Shown here in pieces: positions 28,041 through 37,140 of a stretch of 56,537 nt of DNA. Source of the stretch: a virus (Duplodnaviria > Caudoviricetes); the IMG/VR virus record IMGVR_UViG_3300036806_000389, positions 1 to 56,537 of that record. One strand, written 5' to 3'. The position numbers and the translations under genes were made by a program. Each line of letters starts with the position of its first letter. Within the stretch, counting starts at the first letter, position 1. Under the pieces are notes generated by a model. That model was not told the DNA's origin and did no database searches. It saw only the letters and a list, made by a program, of their open reading frames with translations.

Positions 28041-30035
28041 TCAGCCCGCCGCCGTCTTCGGCTTGTGGGCACCGTGCGCGCGCTTGTACATCCCGTCCCG
28101 CGCCGCGGACTCGGGGTCTTCGCCGCCGTCGCCGACGGGGCCCTTCTTGATCCGCTCCACGGTGCGCACCACCGCGTCGACGCTGTCTTTGCGCTCCACC
28201 GACTTCTTCTTCATGACGATGTCGTAGGTGGCGGAGACGTAGTCGTCGCTCCGGTCCTTCCCGTCGAAGTCGTCGAAGTCCGCGTCCGTGCGGATGACCT
28301 TGATCTGGATCTCGCGGTCGGAGAGCTTCTCGAGCTCGGCGAGCGTGCCGTCGAGCTTCACGTCGTCGTTGGCGTCCATGTTCATGGTGCCGCTGTCCTC
28401 GTCGCCCTCGTCGTCGAGAACTCGGAGCGCGCGAACGAGCAGACGGGACCGCGCCCGGTAGGACTTGTCGCGCGCCGCGGATTGCACCGCCGCGTCGTCC
28501 ACTGCCTTCTTCGCTGCCTTGTCCGCCGCGTCGACCCTGGCCTGCAAGGCGTCGTTCTCTGCCTTGAGCTTCTTGGTCTCTTCCGTGTGCTCGCGCTCGC
28601 GCGCGTCGTAGCGCGTCTCGAGGTGTTGCACGTGCTCCTTGGAGCCGTATTCGACGTCTTTTCCGTCGAGCTTGATGAGCACCTTGGTATCTGATTTTTC
28701 GGCCATGTCGGTCTCCTCGACGAGGTCGTCGTCGTTTGAATCGAGCCGGAGACCCACGTCGGCCCCCGCTCTGCCACGCCCCGGCGGGAGAACCGCCACG
28801 TGGTTGTATTTGATGTCGCGCTGAATGCAGTCGTAGTGCTCGCCGTTGTAGGTCCCCGGCGTCCACTCGAGGCGCGCGCGGTACCCGGCGGAACACTCCT
28901 TCAGCGAGCCGTTTTCGAGACGCTCGATCGCGTCCGCGTCGTTCACGATGACGTCGGCGGCGATGAAGTCCCCGTCGCGTCGCACGTTCGAGACGTGCCC
29001 GAACGAGACGTCTCGGAAGTTCTCCGTGTCGATGAGCGAGCGGTGTCCCTCCAGGTCCGTGACCGGCGCGTTGTCGAGCGACGCCATCGAGTCCTTTCGG
29101 AACACGTCTTCGGGCAGGCGCAGCTCCCGACGCTCGGTTTTGCCTGGCGGCATGGGGCCGGTCCGGTAGACCATGACTCCCGTGCGCGCGATCCGTGCAG
29201 GAACCTTGACGCCCCCGACCTGCGTCCGTTCGCACTTGCCGAGCTTGCCGGCGTAGTCGAGCCGCTCGACGTCTTCGGACGACGAATCGGTGCGCACCTT
29301 GCGGCCACCCGCGAGCGCCCTACCAGCCGACGAAAGACGTCGCTGCCGGAGGTCGTCTTCGGCAGGTGGCGCGCCGATCAGCGCGTCTTCGTCCTGGCCG
29401 ACTGGCACCAGCGAAACCTCGCGGAGCTCGGCGTTGCGCCGGACGACGATCTGCTGACCGTCCCGGGTTTCGTCCGTGTCCTCGCCCGGGCCGAACCCGA
29501 CGGACACGCCTCGGATGATCTTCTCTTTGAGTCCGTTCCAGATCTGCTCGGCCTTCGGATTCGCCTTCTCGCTCGCGAGGACGATCCGCATCTTCAGGCC
29601 TTCAGGGCCTTGTTCGATGGACTCGGCGCGGCCGATCGGGATCTCCTTCGGGGAGTGCGCCCAAAGGATCACCGGGTTTTTGAGGAAACGTTCGGTGTTC
29701 CAGGACGCGATCGAAAGCGGTACCTCGATGGGCTCGCCGTCGGGCCCCTGCGTGACGGTCGACAGAGGCGCGTCCGTCGATGCGGTCAGGGCGACGCTGC
29801 GGGTGAGCTCGTCGACGTCGCCTACGATGAACGACCGACGAACGGCACGGGTAGCCGCCGCGGCGCGCGCGGCGTTGCTGCCGTACTTCGCCTTGATGTA
29901 CCCGCAAATCTTCGCTGCCGATTCGGAGCTCGAGCCCTTGGCTTCCTGGTCCGCGATGCACTCGTCCCAGGGGTAATGCTCCCTAGCGGAGCGGCTTCCC
30001 CCGCAGATGCAGCTCGCGTCGGTGCAGTCGGCCAT
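28041..30035 (-). CDS. Head maturation protein: HK97-type prohead protease + DUF2213 domain + scaffold
   Basis: NPVILWAH..PIGR..GVSVGF..LREVSLV, then IARTGVMVY..ECSAGY..YNHVAV..GRAG, then an acidic coiled-coil region. Confidence 0.88.
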   Translation of the reverse strand: MADCTDASCICGGSRSAREHYPWDECIADQEAKGSSSESAAKICGYIKAKYGSNAARAAAATRAVRRSFIVGDVDELTRSVALTASTDAPLSTVTQGPDGEPIEVPLSIASWNTERFLKNPVILWAHSPKEIPIGRAESIEQGPEGLKMRIVLASEKANPKAEQIWNGLKEKIIRGVSVGFGPGEDTDETRDGQQIVVRRNAELREVSLVPVGQDEDALIGAPPAEDDLRQRRLSSAGRALAGGRKVRTDSSSEDVERLDYAGKLGKCERTQVGGVKVPARIARTGVMVYRTGPMPPGKTERRELRLPEDVFRKDSMASLDNAPVTDLEGHRSLIDTENFRDVSFGHVSNVRRDGDFIAADVIVNDADAIERLENGSLKECSAGYRARLEWTPGTYNGEHYDCIQRDIKYNHVAVLPPGRGRAGADVGLRLDSNDDDLVEETDMAEKSDTKVLIKLDGKDVEYGSKEHVQHLETRYDAREREHTEETKKLKAENDALQARVDAADKAAKKAVDDAAVQSAARDKSYRARSRLLVRALRVLDDEGDEDSGTMNMDANDDVKLDGTLAELEKLSDREIQIKVIRTDADFDDFDGKDRSDDYVSATYDIVMKKKSVERKDSVDAVVRTVERIKKGPVGDGGEDPESAARDGMYKRAHGAHKPKTAAG

Positions 30036-30041
30036 TGTTTC

Positions 30042-30869
30042 TCAGGCTGCGTCTTCGTCAGCGTCGTCGTCTTCTTCAGCCGAGTCGCCGTCGAGCTCTT
30101 CGAGCACAGGGAAAGCGACGCATCGGCAGTTGTACGGATCGCCGGGGATCGCCTCTTCGTCGTCGACGAGTGGCGGATCGTCCCAGTCGCATTCCTGCCC
30201 GTCGATCTCCGCGTGAGATTCGCGCACGCGCTCGTCACCCGTCGTCGTCCAGACGAATCGGGTCACGCCTGCTGATGTCTGCCGTTCCCGCGTGAGGTGC
30301 CCGTTTAGCGTGAGGACGTCGTCGTGAGCAGCGGTGTCGAGCTTCGACTTGGTTACCTCTAGCCGATCGTCGATTCGGTCCTGCAGTTCGTCAGGTGTAC
30401 GGTCCTCGGAATCGGATAGGAGCTGCACGATCGTGTCGCGCTCGCGAGCTAGGATCTTCTCGACACGCGCCGCGGAGTCGGAGCGCCATGAATCGCGTAG
30501 CCGGTCGAGGTTTGGCTCGTCCCTGATCTCGATGCCGAGTCGTTTGAACTCTTGCTTCGAATGCCGCACGGCCTTTTCGGCTACGCCTGCCGAGGCACGC
30601 AGAATAGTGTCTGTCGAAAAAGAAACTCCGTCGAGCGCGTCGCCGGCTTCTTCTTCAGCCGCATCCGTGCGTTTCGCAAAGTCCGTCAGGCGGCCGCGCA
30701 GCGCGGACCGGACCTTCTTGGCGAACTGCTCCGCTACGCCCCGCAAGGCGATTCTGTACGAAAGGATCGCACCATCGGGGATGCTGGGCGAAAGAGCATG
30801 CCTTTGGGCACGCGACAGCTTTCTGCGAGCTGGTCTCGAGCGCCGCGCTAGACGTGAGCGGACCAACAC
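30042..30869 (-). CDS. Minor head protein (Mu gpF/SPP1 gp7 family)
   Basis: WTTTGDERVRESH, PGDPYNCRC. Confidence 0.92.
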   Translation of the reverse strand: MLVRSRLARRSRPARRKLSRAQRHALSPSIPDGAILSYRIALRGVAEQFAKKVRSALRGRLTDFAKRTDAAEEEAGDALDGVSFSTDTILRASAGVAEKAVRHSKQEFKRLGIEIRDEPNLDRLRDSWRSDSAARVEKILARERDTIVQLLSDSEDRTPDELQDRIDDRLEVTKSKLDTAAHDDVLTLNGHLTRERQTSAGVTRFVWTTTGDERVRESHAEIDGQECDWDDPPLVDDEEAIPGDPYNCRCVAFPVLEELDGDSAEEDDDADEDAA

Positions 30870-31216
30870 CCCGCCGCCGTGCCGCGCTTCACGCCGGTGA
30901 CGATCTGAATGTGCTTCGGAGTCCGCTCTTCGGCGCCATCGCCGTCTCTCTTGGCGAGTTCTCGCACGAGATGCTTGGTCCCGGCGCGATGCGGAAGCAC
31001 CTTCAGGGTCGCAGTTCCGTCGGCCGCGATCGCAGTCACCACGGCGTGGAAGTGCTTGTGCTCGCTGCGGTGTACGATGTCTCCGTGCTTATTCCGCACT
31101 TCGTGCACGAATCGTTTCTCGAGCTTGTATCGCACGACGCGCCCGACCATCTCGGCGAACTCAGTCGTCAGCTTGGCCGGAGCGGGCGCCTGTTCTTCGC
31201 TTTTCGATTCCGGCAT
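30848..31216 (-). CDS. Hypothetical His/Lys-rich protein between portal and minor head genes
   Basis: ATG at 31216 overlaps the portal stop. Confidence 0.6.
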   Translation of the reverse strand: MPESKSEEQAPAPAKLTTEFAEMVGRVVRYKLEKRFVHEVRNKHGDIVHRSEHKHFHAVVTAIAADGTATLKVLPHRAGTKHLVRELAKRDGDGAEERTPKHIQIVTGVKRGTAAGCWSAHV

Positions 31217-33177
31217 CACGAATCCCTTTCGATGACGGTGCAGCCGCGAGCGATCAGCTCGCCGCGGATCTCGTTCCAAACCTTCGCGACGTCTTTCGAC
31301 ATCCGGCGTTGCTGGTCCGTTTGCGGGGACACGGCGCGGCCGAAGTAGACGACTGTCGCGTCGAGCTTCTTGTCCGGGTTCGCGCGCATCCACTTGCGCA
31401 GCGCGCGCGGAGCTGCGACGCCTTCGATGATGTACTTCGGGTCGTCGATCCACCGAGCTATTTCAGCGGAGGCCTCGATCCATCCGTGCGAATCGCTCAG
31501 CGCGTCGGTGCTACGGATGTCCCGCCGATACCGCTCGCCGGCGCGAGCCGAAGTGGTCGACTTTCCGGTGCGAGGGCCGCCCGCGATGATGGCCCGCTCC
31601 GCTTTGCCGACCACGTCGACGAGGTCTTCGCCCGCGTCCGTCCGTTGCTCGCCGCCGGTTGCCGCGGTGGGCGCCGCCTTGGGCGGCTGAATCGACGCTT
31701 TGACGGCTGCCGCGGCAGCGTTTGCGCCGCCGTTTGCCGGCGCCGGCGGCACTGGGTCCGGCGGGTTCAGCTCGTCTTCGAGGTTCTCCTCGAGCATCTT
31801 CTCGCGCACCTCGCGCCCTTCCTTCGTCAAGGTGATCTCCTCGCCGAACGTCGGACCGCCGAAGCGGGACAGCGCGACTTCTTCGGGCGTCAGGATGCCC
31901 GCATTGACGTACGCCGCGTCGCCGGTGGCCAACGCGAGCCGTCGTGCCCCCTCGTCCTTCGGGCTCTCGCTCCAAAGGTTCGGGAACGTGATCTTGATTG
32001 CACTCGGATCCTTCTGCGCGCGCAGGGCCTTCGTGCGCGTCATCACGCGAACGAGTTTGCGTACCCGCGGGGTGAGGATCAGGTTTTGCTGCGACCGGAT
32101 ACGGCTGTAGAACCAGCGGTAGTCCGCGTCGCCAGTCGCGTTCTCTCCGGCGGGAGATTGCCCGTAGAGGATCGTCGCTGGGATCTGCACTGCCGCGGCG
32201 AGCCGCAGCATGAAGCGGTCGAGCGTCGCAGGGTAGTCGGTGAGCGTGACTTGCTGCCGCTCGAACGACTCGGCGCCGCCCTTCGTCTCGGGATCGCCAG
32301 CGTCGACGACGAGCGCCCGCATGACGCTCCGGTACAGGTCCATCGTCTGCAGACGTGCCTGCAGTGCCGATTCGCCGTTCGCGCCGATGAGCTCGGCGAG
32401 GCCCTGCATCTTGAAGACGGCCTGGTTGCCGTCAGCGAGCAGGATCTCCACCGACTTCCAGCCGGTGTTGAAGGCGCGCAGCGCTTCGAAGGCACGTTGC
32501 AGGACCGATCGGTCGTACCCGAAGTTAGCGATCCGCTCCCAGATTCCGGTAGTCGAACCACCGAACATCAGGAGCCGCGACTCGTGGACCTCCTGGTACT
32601 GGCCGAGCATCGTGTAGGGCGATGCCGAGCCGACGAGGTACGTCCGCGGCCGTCCGAGCTTCGGATCCCCAGCGTCCGTGTACCAGGTCAGCGGGTACAG
32701 AAGCCGCTTGTCGAGCTCGTACAGGTACGAGACGCCGTTCGCGCGCTCCGGGATGAGCTCCTTCGACGCTGGCCTTCCGTCGTCCGCCCCGATGAGCAGC
32801 GCGCCGGCGCCGAACAGCCTTCCCCAGCGGATTGCGTTCGCGAGCTTCTCACGCGCACCGAGCGCCTCGAGCTGATCGGAGAGCTCGGTGTCCTGACCCG
32901 CGTCGCCGAGGTCGACCGAGAAGCCCTCTCGGAGCATCTCGTCGGGCACGATGTCGACCATTCGCTGGGCGAGATCGTCACCGTGATAGATGTTCGAGAG
33001 TTGCTGATCGGACAGGTAGTCGACGCCGCAAAACGCCGTGTAGCTCGTCTTGTCGCGTGGCGTCCCGGCGCCAGTGACCTCGTTCGTCCACGAGTCGAGG
33101 CGCTCGACGAGCACGTTGCGTGCGATCTGGGCGATACGACCGGGCGCTACGCTGCGCAGTGCTTCGACGAGTTTCAC
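31216..33177 (-). CDS. Portal protein (DUF1073-like) with fused C-terminal P-loop kinase-like domain
   Basis: VDIVPDEMLREG, WGRLFG, VHESRLL, IPATILYGQSPAGENATG; then IIAGGPRTGKST and YIIEG. Confidence 0.9.
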   Translation of the reverse strand: MKLVEALRSVAPGRIAQIARNVLVERLDSWTNEVTGAGTPRDKTSYTAFCGVDYLSDQQLSNIYHGDDLAQRMVDIVPDEMLREGFSVDLGDAGQDTELSDQLEALGAREKLANAIRWGRLFGAGALLIGADDGRPASKELIPERANGVSYLYELDKRLLYPLTWYTDAGDPKLGRPRTYLVGSASPYTMLGQYQEVHESRLLMFGGSTTGIWERIANFGYDRSVLQRAFEALRAFNTGWKSVEILLADGNQAVFKMQGLAELIGANGESALQARLQTMDLYRSVMRALVVDAGDPETKGGAESFERQQVTLTDYPATLDRFMLRLAAAVQIPATILYGQSPAGENATGDADYRWFYSRIRSQQNLILTPRVRKLVRVMTRTKALRAQKDPSAIKITFPNLWSESPKDEGARRLALATGDAAYVNAGILTPEEVALSRFGGPTFGEEITLTKEGREVREKMLEENLEDELNPPDPVPPAPANGGANAAAAAVKASIQPPKAAPTAATGGEQRTDAGEDLVDVVGKAERAIIAGGPRTGKSTTSARAGERYRRDIRSTDALSDSHGWIEASAEIARWIDDPKYIIEGVAAPRALRKWMRANPDKKLDATVVYFGRAVSPQTDQQRRMSKDVAKVWNEIRGELIARGCTVIERDS

Positions 33178-34607
33178 TGTTTTGCGCTCGCCATCTTGAG
33201 CAGCGCTTCCGCCATCGGGTTAGCGCGTCGAGTGAGGGAGTCGTAGGCAGCCGCGAGCGCGTCGACCTCGTCGTCCTGTGGATCGTTCTTGCCGGTGAAG
33301 TGGCAGATCACGCGCACGCAGTCGTCGACCCATGCCGGCGGATTGTCGCCGCCCGGGAGCAACACGTTACCGAGGTTCCACGCCTCAGCGACCGGCTGCG
33401 CTCGCGTGTACTTGTCGGACGACGCTGGCCGCGTCTTGAAGCGCGAACCGATCTTCTTCCGGATGAACTGCTCGCCGCCCTTCTCGGTGCCGCTCGGGTA
33501 CCACCAGATCGGGCCGGGCTCTTTCGTCTCGCGGACGAGCAGCTCGAGGAAGTCGGGCACCTCGCCCTGACGTCTCTCGAAGTGGGTGACGTAGAACTTG
33601 CCGCCGTGGGCGATGATCTTGAACAGCACCGACCAATCGGCGCTCGTCTTGGCCGTGTACGCCAAGTCGATGCCGTAGCCGACGCGGTATCCGACCTTCG
33701 GGAGCTCTGACGGATCGTAGAAGTGGGGCTCGCCGAAGAGCGCGCCGCCGCGCGGGCGCGGTTCGCCCTGGTACAGCGACGCGAATTTGTAGACGTTCGC
33801 GCGACGAATCCGGTCGAGGTACTCGAATCCCCAGACGTCCGGCAGAAGCGGCTGGTCCTCAGCTTCGCCGCTGAGGGCCTTGATGTTCGTGCCGCGCCAT
33901 TCCTCGCGCTTCGAGAACCGGCCAATCGCGTCGTCGGGGTGCCAACGAGCGTGGATCAGGAAAGCGCAGCCGTCAGGCGTGAGGCGCGTGAGGATGTCTT
34001 CGTCGATCGACCGGTAGATCTCTTCGCGCCGCGCCGGGCTCTCCGCGTCTGCGGCGCGACGGAACGGGTCGTCGATGACGATCAGCCTGAAACCGCGGCC
34101 CGTGACTTCGCCACCGATGCCGCGAGCGACGAGGCCGCCGCCCTGCTCGAGCTCCCACTCGTCCTGGCGGTTCGTCTCCCGCGAGAGGGCCAGTCCGCCG
34201 CGGTCCGCGAGCTTCCGGATCGCCCGAGAGTTCTTGTTCGCGAACTTCTGGGTGTGGGTGACGTACGCGACCTCTTCTTCGGGCCACGTCTCGAGATGGG
34301 CCGCGATCGCGTGTCGAAGCGTGAAGGTCTTCCAGTGCCGCACCGGCACCGAGCACCAGTAGAACCGCTGCCCCACGTGCGGGGCGATCGCTGCGTCGAG
34401 CTCGACCGCCAACGGGTCGAGGTGCCTCGGCTCGCGAAGCTGCGGGCTCAGCCGTCGGAAGGTGCCGTAGACGGTTTCAATTGAGCGAGGGCCGCTCGGT
34501 GTCTCCTGGCTTGCCGTCGCCGCGGGACGCTCCTCCCGCTCGGGCTCCGGCAGCGCTCGCGCTATCCGTCTCTCGAGCCTGTCGAGCCTGTCGAGAAATT
34601 CGAGCAT
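33174..34607 (-). CDS. terL: Terminase large subunit
   Basis: PVRHWKT (Walker A variant), TGRG, IVIDDP, RWHPDD, LYQGEP, QDDEVDA. Confidence 0.93.
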   Translation of the reverse strand: MLEFLDRLDRLERRIARALPEPEREERPAATASQETPSGPRSIETVYGTFRRLSPQLREPRHLDPLAVELDAAIAPHVGQRFYWCSVPVRHWKTFTLRHAIAAHLETWPEEEVAYVTHTQKFANKNSRAIRKLADRGGLALSRETNRQDEWELEQGGGLVARGIGGEVTGRGFRLIVIDDPFRRAADAESPARREEIYRSIDEDILTRLTPDGCAFLIHARWHPDDAIGRFSKREEWRGTNIKALSGEAEDQPLLPDVWGFEYLDRIRRANVYKFASLYQGEPRPRGGALFGEPHFYDPSELPKVGYRVGYGIDLAYTAKTSADWSVLFKIIAHGGKFYVTHFERRQGEVPDFLELLVRETKEPGPIWWYPSGTEKGGEQFIRKKIGSRFKTRPASSDKYTRAQPVAEAWNLGNVLLPGGDNPPAWVDDCVRVICHFTGKNDPQDDEVDALAAAYDSLTRRANPMAEALLKMASAKQ

Positions 34608-34953
34608 CTAGGAGCTTCCAGGACATCGCGACCTCCGAGAGCAGCTTCAGCGCTCCGGCCACCGAGTGAATCGCGTCGGGACTCTTCGGGTCCGCCTGCT
34701 CCCCCGCTTTGCGCAGGAATTCGATGCTCGACTTCAGCGCCCCCGGTATCTCCTCGGCCCACTGAGCTTCGAGGATGGCCTTTTTGGCGCCGACACTGGC
34801 CGCCAGCGTGGTGTCGTCTTCGGGCTCGATGCCCTTCCTCCACCGCTGCAACGTGCGAGAACTTATGCCGTATTTCTGGCATGTCGCCTTGTCGCCAGCG
34901 ACTGTCGCCTCAACGATGATCTTGGCGATCTTCTCGCGCTTCTCGGCTTTCAT
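34477..34953 (-). CDS. terS: Terminase small subunit (HTH)
   Basis: CQKYGISSRTLQRW HTH; directly upstream of and overlapping terL. Confidence 0.7.
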   Translation of the reverse strand: MKAEKREKIAKIIVEATVAGDKATCQKYGISSRTLQRWRKGIEPEDDTTLAASVGAKKAILEAQWAEEIPGALKSSIEFLRKAGEQADPKSPDAIHSVAGALKLLSEVAMSWKLLDARISRQARQARETDSASAAGARAGGASRGDGKPGDTERPSLN

Positions 34954-35138
34954 CGGACACCGCGAAGCGAAGCCCGCTCGCCAAGCGTTGCGGTCAGCGG
35001 CGGCCGTTCACGCCGCTCGATGGGCCGTCGCGTTCGGCGCTCGTCCCGGAGTTCCGCGCGCCTCTCGGCGGCGACGTCCACGATTCTGCGTCGGGCCGCT
35101 GCCGCCTTGCCGGCTGTCGCCCGTTTTTCGTTCGTCAT
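34950..35138 (-). CDS. Small Arg-rich protein
   Basis: Stop overlaps the terS ATG. Confidence 0.4.
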   Translation of the reverse strand: MTNEKRATAGKAAAARRRIVDVAAERRAELRDERRTRRPIERRERPPLTATLGERASLRGVR

Positions 35139-35300
35139 CGAGGGACCTGGTTTCCTGGACGCATCCTGACGCCGTTCGGCACGTGCGGAACTCGTCGAGG
35201 ATCTGTTCGCGTAGCGACTCGGTGTCGCGTGCTGCCCACATCTGCCGTCTGAGGGCAGGTTGGAATCGCGCGCCCTTACCCTCTATGAGCTGAAACGGGA

Positions 35301-35380
35301 GGGCTACGATGGGCAATGACGGGCGATCATGGGCTACCGCGGGCTACGATGGGAGACGATGGGCAATGACGGGCGATCAA
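35301..35380. repeat. Eight degenerate 10-bp tandem units, each beginning GGG
   Basis: gggctacgat gggcaatgac gggcgatcat gggctaccgc gggctacgat gggagacgat gggcaatgac gggcgatcaa. Confidence 0.9.
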
Positions 35381-35619
35381 CGCGGTGCGTCTTCGGCGGC
35401 CCTCGGCTGCGTGTAGTAGCCGAAAACGTCCTGATAAACGCTGCGAAGGCGCGCGCGGAGCCGCTCACGATCGACGTACAGGAACGCGCCCTCTTTTTGC
35501 AGGATGCCCGCGCGACTCAAGAGCCCGCGAGCTTCCTTCCACGAGTACTTCGAGGCACGCGCCACGACCCAGACTGGGATCATGGGCGGCACGCTCGATC
35601 GGCGTCTTCGTTGATTCAA
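35377..35619 (-). CDS. Small basic protein, possibly DNA-binding
   Basis: ATGA-coupled to the Zn-finger gene; HTH-like VVARASKYSWKEARGLL. Confidence 0.55.
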   Translation of the reverse strand: MNQRRRRSSVPPMIPVWVVARASKYSWKEARGLLSRAGILQKEGAFLYVDRERLRARLRSVYQDVFGYYTQPRAAEDAPR

Positions 35620-36716
35620 GCGCCGAGCGCCTCAGCGAAGGCCTCACGTGCGGCGCGCAGGAGCTCGACGGATTCCTCGTCGGCATGGGAAACGAGCCAC
35701 GCGTGGAGCTCGTTCGGCGGCTCGGCGCGTTCGACGGCATCCCGCATGACGGCGAGGATCTCGAGCGGCCTGCTCCCTAGCGAGCGGCGGAGCTCCTCGG
35801 GGGCGCTCGCGAGCAGACGAGCGCCGGATGGCGTCCGAGGCCAGAGGACGAAGATCCGCCCGTATGGGTGACCGTGGTCCCAACGGTTGCCGGCGGGCCC
35901 GCGATAGTCATGGAGCGCTCGGGCGAGCGACGGGTCTCGCCGAGAGAACCGTTCGAACGCGTCGAGCACCCCGTCGTCGTGGACGACTCGAGGCCGATCG
36001 GCGGCCTCGAACGATGATGCCGCGGCCGCGTCGCCGGAGAGAGCGCGCCCAGAACTCCCTTCGCGCTCGCTCGCGCCGGCGCTGAACTCCGGCGGCGGCC
36101 CGTGCTTCGTGCTTCCGGTCGACCTCGCCGTGACCGGAATCGTGCACGACGCGCCGTCGCAGAGCGGACAGACGTCCTGCCGATTCTCGTCGAAGACCTC
36201 GGAGCAGCCGCGGCAGCGCGGGCAGCGCGCCGTGGTGAACATCGAGTCCATCACGCCCAGGACGACGTCGCCTGCTCCTCGGCACGTCCTGCATGTCTCG
36301 CCCCGGCGATCCTGGCCGCGGCCGAAGCACTCGTCGCAGGGCGATCGCTGAATGCCCTTCGCGCGCTTCGGAGCCTGGCGCGCGCCGCTCCCTTTGCACA
36401 TCGGGCAAACCGACTCTCGAGCATGGCGGGTGCGCAGATTTTCGCGAGCTATGGGGTCCTTCGAACTGTCGATCTTCCGCTGCCGGCGCTCGAGTTCGGC
36501 GGCGGATACGTCGCGGCAACCCGAGCCGTGGCACTTCGGGCATGGCCTCGTGAAGTTCCGCTCCTCGACGATCCGATCGCACATCGCGTCGTAGTTCGAG
36601 TCGAGCGGGGGCTCGTCGATGTCCCTCTCGAACTCCGCTTCGAGCCGCGCCTCGCACGCGTCGACGTCGTCAACGACCGGATCCGTGACCTCGACTTGAA
36701 CAAATTCGGCCATCAT
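35616..36716 (-). CDS. DnaJ-type Zn-finger repeat protein, late regulator candidate (start uncertain)
   Basis: Six CxxCxG motifs; lies between replication and terminase genes. Confidence 0.6.
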   Translation of the reverse strand: MMAEFVQVEVTDPVVDDVDACEARLEAEFERDIDEPPLDSNYDAMCDRIVEERNFTRPCPKCHGSGCRDVSAAELERRQRKIDSSKDPIARENLRTRHARESVCPMCKGSGARQAPKRAKGIQRSPCDECFGRGQDRRGETCRTCRGAGDVVLGVMDSMFTTARCPRCRGCSEVFDENRQDVCPLCDGASCTIPVTARSTGSTKHGPPPEFSAGASEREGSSGRALSGDAAAASSFEAADRPRVVHDDGVLDAFERFSRRDPSLARALHDYRGPAGNRWDHGHPYGRIFVLWPRTPSGARLLASAPEELRRSLGSRPLEILAVMRDAVERAEPPNELHAWLVSHADEESVELLRAAREAFAEALGA

Positions 36717-36784
36717 GTCAGGGTTCCTTTCCAGCCGCCCGCGAAGCGCTCGAATGGAACCCGCCCACGTGGCGGGTTTTTTCG

Positions 36785-37120
36785 TTACAGCGGACCCGCG
36801 TCCCAGTCCGTCTCCGATCGCATCTTGCGGCGCCCTTCTCGCACGTCGATTGCGGATCGGCCTGGGAGAGTGAATCGAAAGTTCGGAAGTGCTCTCCTCA
36901 ACCACCCGATCACCCAAGGCATACGGGGATCCGGGGCAAATATCTCCCGTGAGAGCTGTACGACTATCGCTTCCTTGCTCGTGCACTGGCAGATCTTCGA
37001 CACGCCGCACACCGCGCACTTTCGCGGCGCCATGTGCCCCATGCTGCACACCTCCGCGCCGGGCGCGCGCCTCGCGCATTCGCTGCAGATCGGAAACTCG
37101 AAGTTCTTCGTCTTGCTCAC
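36785..37120 (-). CDS. Small Cys-rich protein
   Basis: GGAGG SD before GTG; CSEC, CAVC. Confidence 0.6.
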   Translation of the reverse strand: MSKTKNFEFPICSECARRAPGAEVCSMGHMAPRKCAVCGVSKICQCTSKEAIVVQLSREIFAPDPRMPWVIGWLRRALPNFRFTLPGRSAIDVREGRRKMRSETDWDAGPL

Positions 37121-37140
37121 GGCAACCTCCCATCCGTCGG

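Noticed and set aside
31216-33177. Calling the portal an anti-CBASS Acb1 protein
   Set aside because: No paired HxT/S 2H-phosphoesterase motifs seen; the fused domain is P-loop-like
31309-33246. 645-aa plus-strand ORF, and similar long antisense ORFs (9472-10812, 28800-30275, 42335-43960)
   Set aside because: Antisense shadows of clearly identifiable minus-strand genes
35301-35380. CRISPR array
   Set aside because: Contiguous degenerate 10-mers with no spacers and no cas genes
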